In this document: positions 62,028 through 64,000 of the stretch, piece after piece
Layout: every line of letters starts with the position of its first letter
Position numbering within the stretch: the stretch's first letter is position 1
Assembly: GCA_934757825.1 (NCBI GenBank)
Contig: CAKVLP010000001.1
Location: 622,869-686,868 of the forward strand
Direction of reading: 5' to 3'
DNA length: 64,000 nt
Source: an uncultured Clostridia bacterium
GTDB taxonomy: Bacteria > Bacillota > Clostridia > Christensenellales > UBA1242
The notes under the pieces: generated by a model
What the model was told of the DNA's origin: nothing
Databases searched by the model: none
The model's input: only the letters and a program-made list of their open reading frames with translations
Program-made: the position numbers and the translations under genes

Positions 62028-62588
62028 ATGTCGGCTTACAAAAAACTAATGTTAAACAACAAGTCGTTGGCTGAAACCACCGATGAAGTGGAACAAAGCG
62101 CTATTGACACTCAGGTCGACAAATTTAAAACCGATTATTCGGCGGACAAGTTTAATGAACTTTGCAATGAATTTGAGAGTATCACGCTTGACAAAGACAC
62201 GGACACCGTGACTCAGGCAAATGTGCGTGATGTCGAAAAAGTTTCGGCACGTGCAAAGTTGTTTTTGGTGTCGACATTACTTGTTTTTTCACTTGTTTTA
62301 TTTCTATTTATTTACAACTTTGTTGTTATAAATCGCATGCAGAACAGCATAAACTTATTGCAAGATGATGCGATCTATCAAGAGTACCAGGCTGGACAAA
62401 AAGCCAAAAAGTTGGACGAGCTTACCGATGACGAAGCAATCAAGGCTAAGCTTGACTCTATGGGGTACGCCGAGGGGGCATCGGAAAATGCAACCCAAAT
62501 CACTGTTGGCAGTGGGGCGTCCGAGAGCGTAAGATCCAATTGGTTTGACAGGTTCTGCGGATTTATAGGGAGCATTTTCGGAGGTTAG
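62028..62588 (+). CDS. ftsL: FtsL-like bitopic cell-division protein (long N-terminal extension)
   Basis: Single TM (LFLVSTLLVFSLVLFLFIYNFVVI) followed by a short coiled region. Positioned between rsmH and the PBP gene. Confidence 0.5.
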   Translation: MSAYKKLMLNNKSLAETTDEVEQSAIDTQVDKFKTDYSADKFNELCNEFESITLDKDTDTVTQANVRDVEKVSARAKLFLVSTLLVFSLVLFLFIYNFVVINRMQNSINLLQDDAIYQEYQAGQKAKKLDELTDDEAIKAKLDSMGYAEGASENATQITVGSGASESVRSNWFDRFCGFIGSIFGG

Positions 62589-62591
62589 AAT

Positions 62592-64000
62592 TTGCTTAAC
62601 AATTCAATATATTCTTTACAAAAGAGGTTACTGGCAGTTTTTGTGCTTGTAGCCTTTATTTTTTTAGCCATTATAGTTAGGCTGGGGTACTTGCAACTCT
62701 TTAAGTCCGATTGGTTAAACGCCAAGGCATCTGAGCAGTGGTACAGGTCGTTGCCTCTGACGGCAGAACGTGGGGTTATCAAAGACTGCAACGGCAACAG
62801 TCTTGCCGTGAGTTATTCGACCTACGATGTTTATGTGCGACCAGGGAGCGTAAATGACGCAAAAGGCGTTTCGCTAATCCTTTCGTCAACACTTAATATG
62901 GATTATGACCGTATTTACAACAAGGTTATCAACAAAAAACTGAGCGAAGTTTGCATTAAAATGCAGGTTGATGAGGCCACTAGCAAAAAACTTATTGCCG
63001 AAGCGCTTGAAGGTGTGGTGTTTTCGAAAAACAACAAGCGATTTTATCCTTACGGCGACCTTATGACGCAAGTGCTTGGCTTTACTACAATAGATAATGT
63101 TGGACAGAGCGGACTGGAACTATATTATGACAAATACCTTAAAGGCACCAACGGCTATGCGTTGGAGGAAAGTGATGTTAACGGGCGAAAAATTGACAAC
63201 AGCCTAAGCAAATTTATTCCAAGTGTAAGCGGGCTCAACCTAAATCTTACGATTGATGTAAACATTCAAAGGTTTTTGGAAAGTTCGCTCAATAATCTTA
63301 TGGCAGAGCAAAAGCCAAAAACTTGTACTGGGATTGTGATGAATCCAAACACGGGCGAAATTGTCGCAATGAGCACAAAACCTAGTTACGACCTAAACAA
63401 CGTGCCACGTAGCGACCTTCAAACTCTTCTTGACGCGTCGAGAAACGTTTCAATTGTTGACGTGTACGAGCCGGGAAGTACATTCAAAGTTTTGACAATG
63501 GCGTCCGCACTTGAAACGGGAGTTGCGCATCTAAGCGACAGGTTTTACGACCCGGGTTACAGAATTGTGGACGGAGAGAAAATTAAGTGCTGGAAACTTG
63601 TTGGGCACGGCAGTCAGTCGTTGACGGAAGGGTTGTGTAATAGTTGCAACGCGGTGTTTGTTGACCTTGCGCTACGACTTGGAAAAGACCGAATGTACGA
63701 TAGATTTAATTGCTACAACTTAGGAAAAACGCTCGGCGTAGATTTTATGGGCGAGTCGACGGGGATACTTATGAACAAGCAAAGTGCAAAAACGGTCGAT
63801 GTGGCGCGTATGGGGTTTGGGCAAGCGATTGCCGTGAGTCCAATTCAGCTTATTTCGGGGATTTGTAGCGTAGTGAATGGCGGAAAACTAATGCAACCAT
63901 ATTTTGTGAAAAGCATAACGGACACCGAAGGGGAAATTATGTACAACAATTCGCCAACTGAGATACGTCGTACAGTTTCCAAAGAAGTAAGCAGTACTAT
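62592..64000 (+). CDS. class B penicillin-binding protein (FtsI/PBP2B-type transpeptidase), 3' end outside the window
   Basis: TTG start after GGAGG. N-terminal TM, ERGVIKDCNGNSLAV (RGxIxDRNG-like), and active-site SxxK as VYEPGSTFKV. The ORF is open to the window end and is not in the ORF track. Confidence 0.85.
   Translation, partial: MLNNSIYSLQKRLLAVFVLVAFIFLAIIVRLGYLQLFKSDWLNAKASEQWYRSLPLTAERGVIKDCNGNSLAVSYSTYDVYVRPGSVNDAKGVSLILSSTLNMDYDRIYNKVINKKLSEVCIKMQVDEATSKKLIAEALEGVVFSKNNKRFYPYGDLMTQVLGFTTIDNVGQSGLELYYDKYLKGTNGYALEESDVNGRKIDNSLSKFIPSVSGLNLNLTIDVNIQRFLESSLNNLMAEQKPKTCTGIVMNPNTGEIVAMSTKPSYDLNNVPRSDLQTLLDASRNVSIVDVYEPGSTFKVLTMASALETGVAHLSDRFYDPGYRIVDGEKIKCWKLVGHGSQSLTEGLCNSCNAVFVDLALRLGKDRMYDRFNCYNLGKTLGVDFMGESTGILMNKQSAKTVDVARMGFGQAIAVSPIQLISGICSVVNGGKLMQPYFVKSITDTEGEIMYNNSPTEIRRTVSKEVSST

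Overview
AT-rich, Firmicutes-type chromosomal window. All calls come from motif and synteny recognition by eye; no database search was run. It is mostly core housekeeping genes, many in conserved order. These include:
- rpmG-secE-nusG-rplK-rplA, then a 2.4-kb insertion, then the L10 leader and rplJ-rplL
- rplI
- a GT4 glycosyltransferase paired with a flippase-like membrane protein
- addB-addA
- gap and eno
- yigZ-recX-acpS followed by the ndoAI/ndoA (MazEF-type) pair
- lgt, a DivIVA-domain protein and ung
- a long-form SRP RNA on the minus strand
- a T-box leader followed by a type-2 ileS
- groES-groEL, lspA-rluD, and tig-clpP-clpX-engB
- the start of the dcw cluster (mraZ-rsmH-ftsL-like-PBP, truncated at the right edge)

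No CRISPR array, tRNA, rRNA, transposase, integrase or prophage is visible.

The most unusual region is 55.9-59.5 kb. It holds four paralogous secreted proteins with SipW/TasA-class signal peptides (xxAYFGG). The last two are convergent and bracketed by a perfect 154-bp inverted repeat. Each repeat arm carries the 5' UTR, the RBS and the complete signal peptide. This looks like an invertible or gene-converted cassette that could swap two different mature domains behind one good promoter.

Other points worth a second look:
- a fused, pseudo-dimeric ThyX-like gene plus an unknown gene inserted between rplA and rplJ
- a protein with an N-terminal HEPN-like Rx4H motif fused to a CBS pair
- an orphan 550-aa membrane protein with a consensus promoter
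- a Cys-rich protein with a sigma-K-like promoter
- a GtrB-like GT2 that lacks the catalytic Asp motifs
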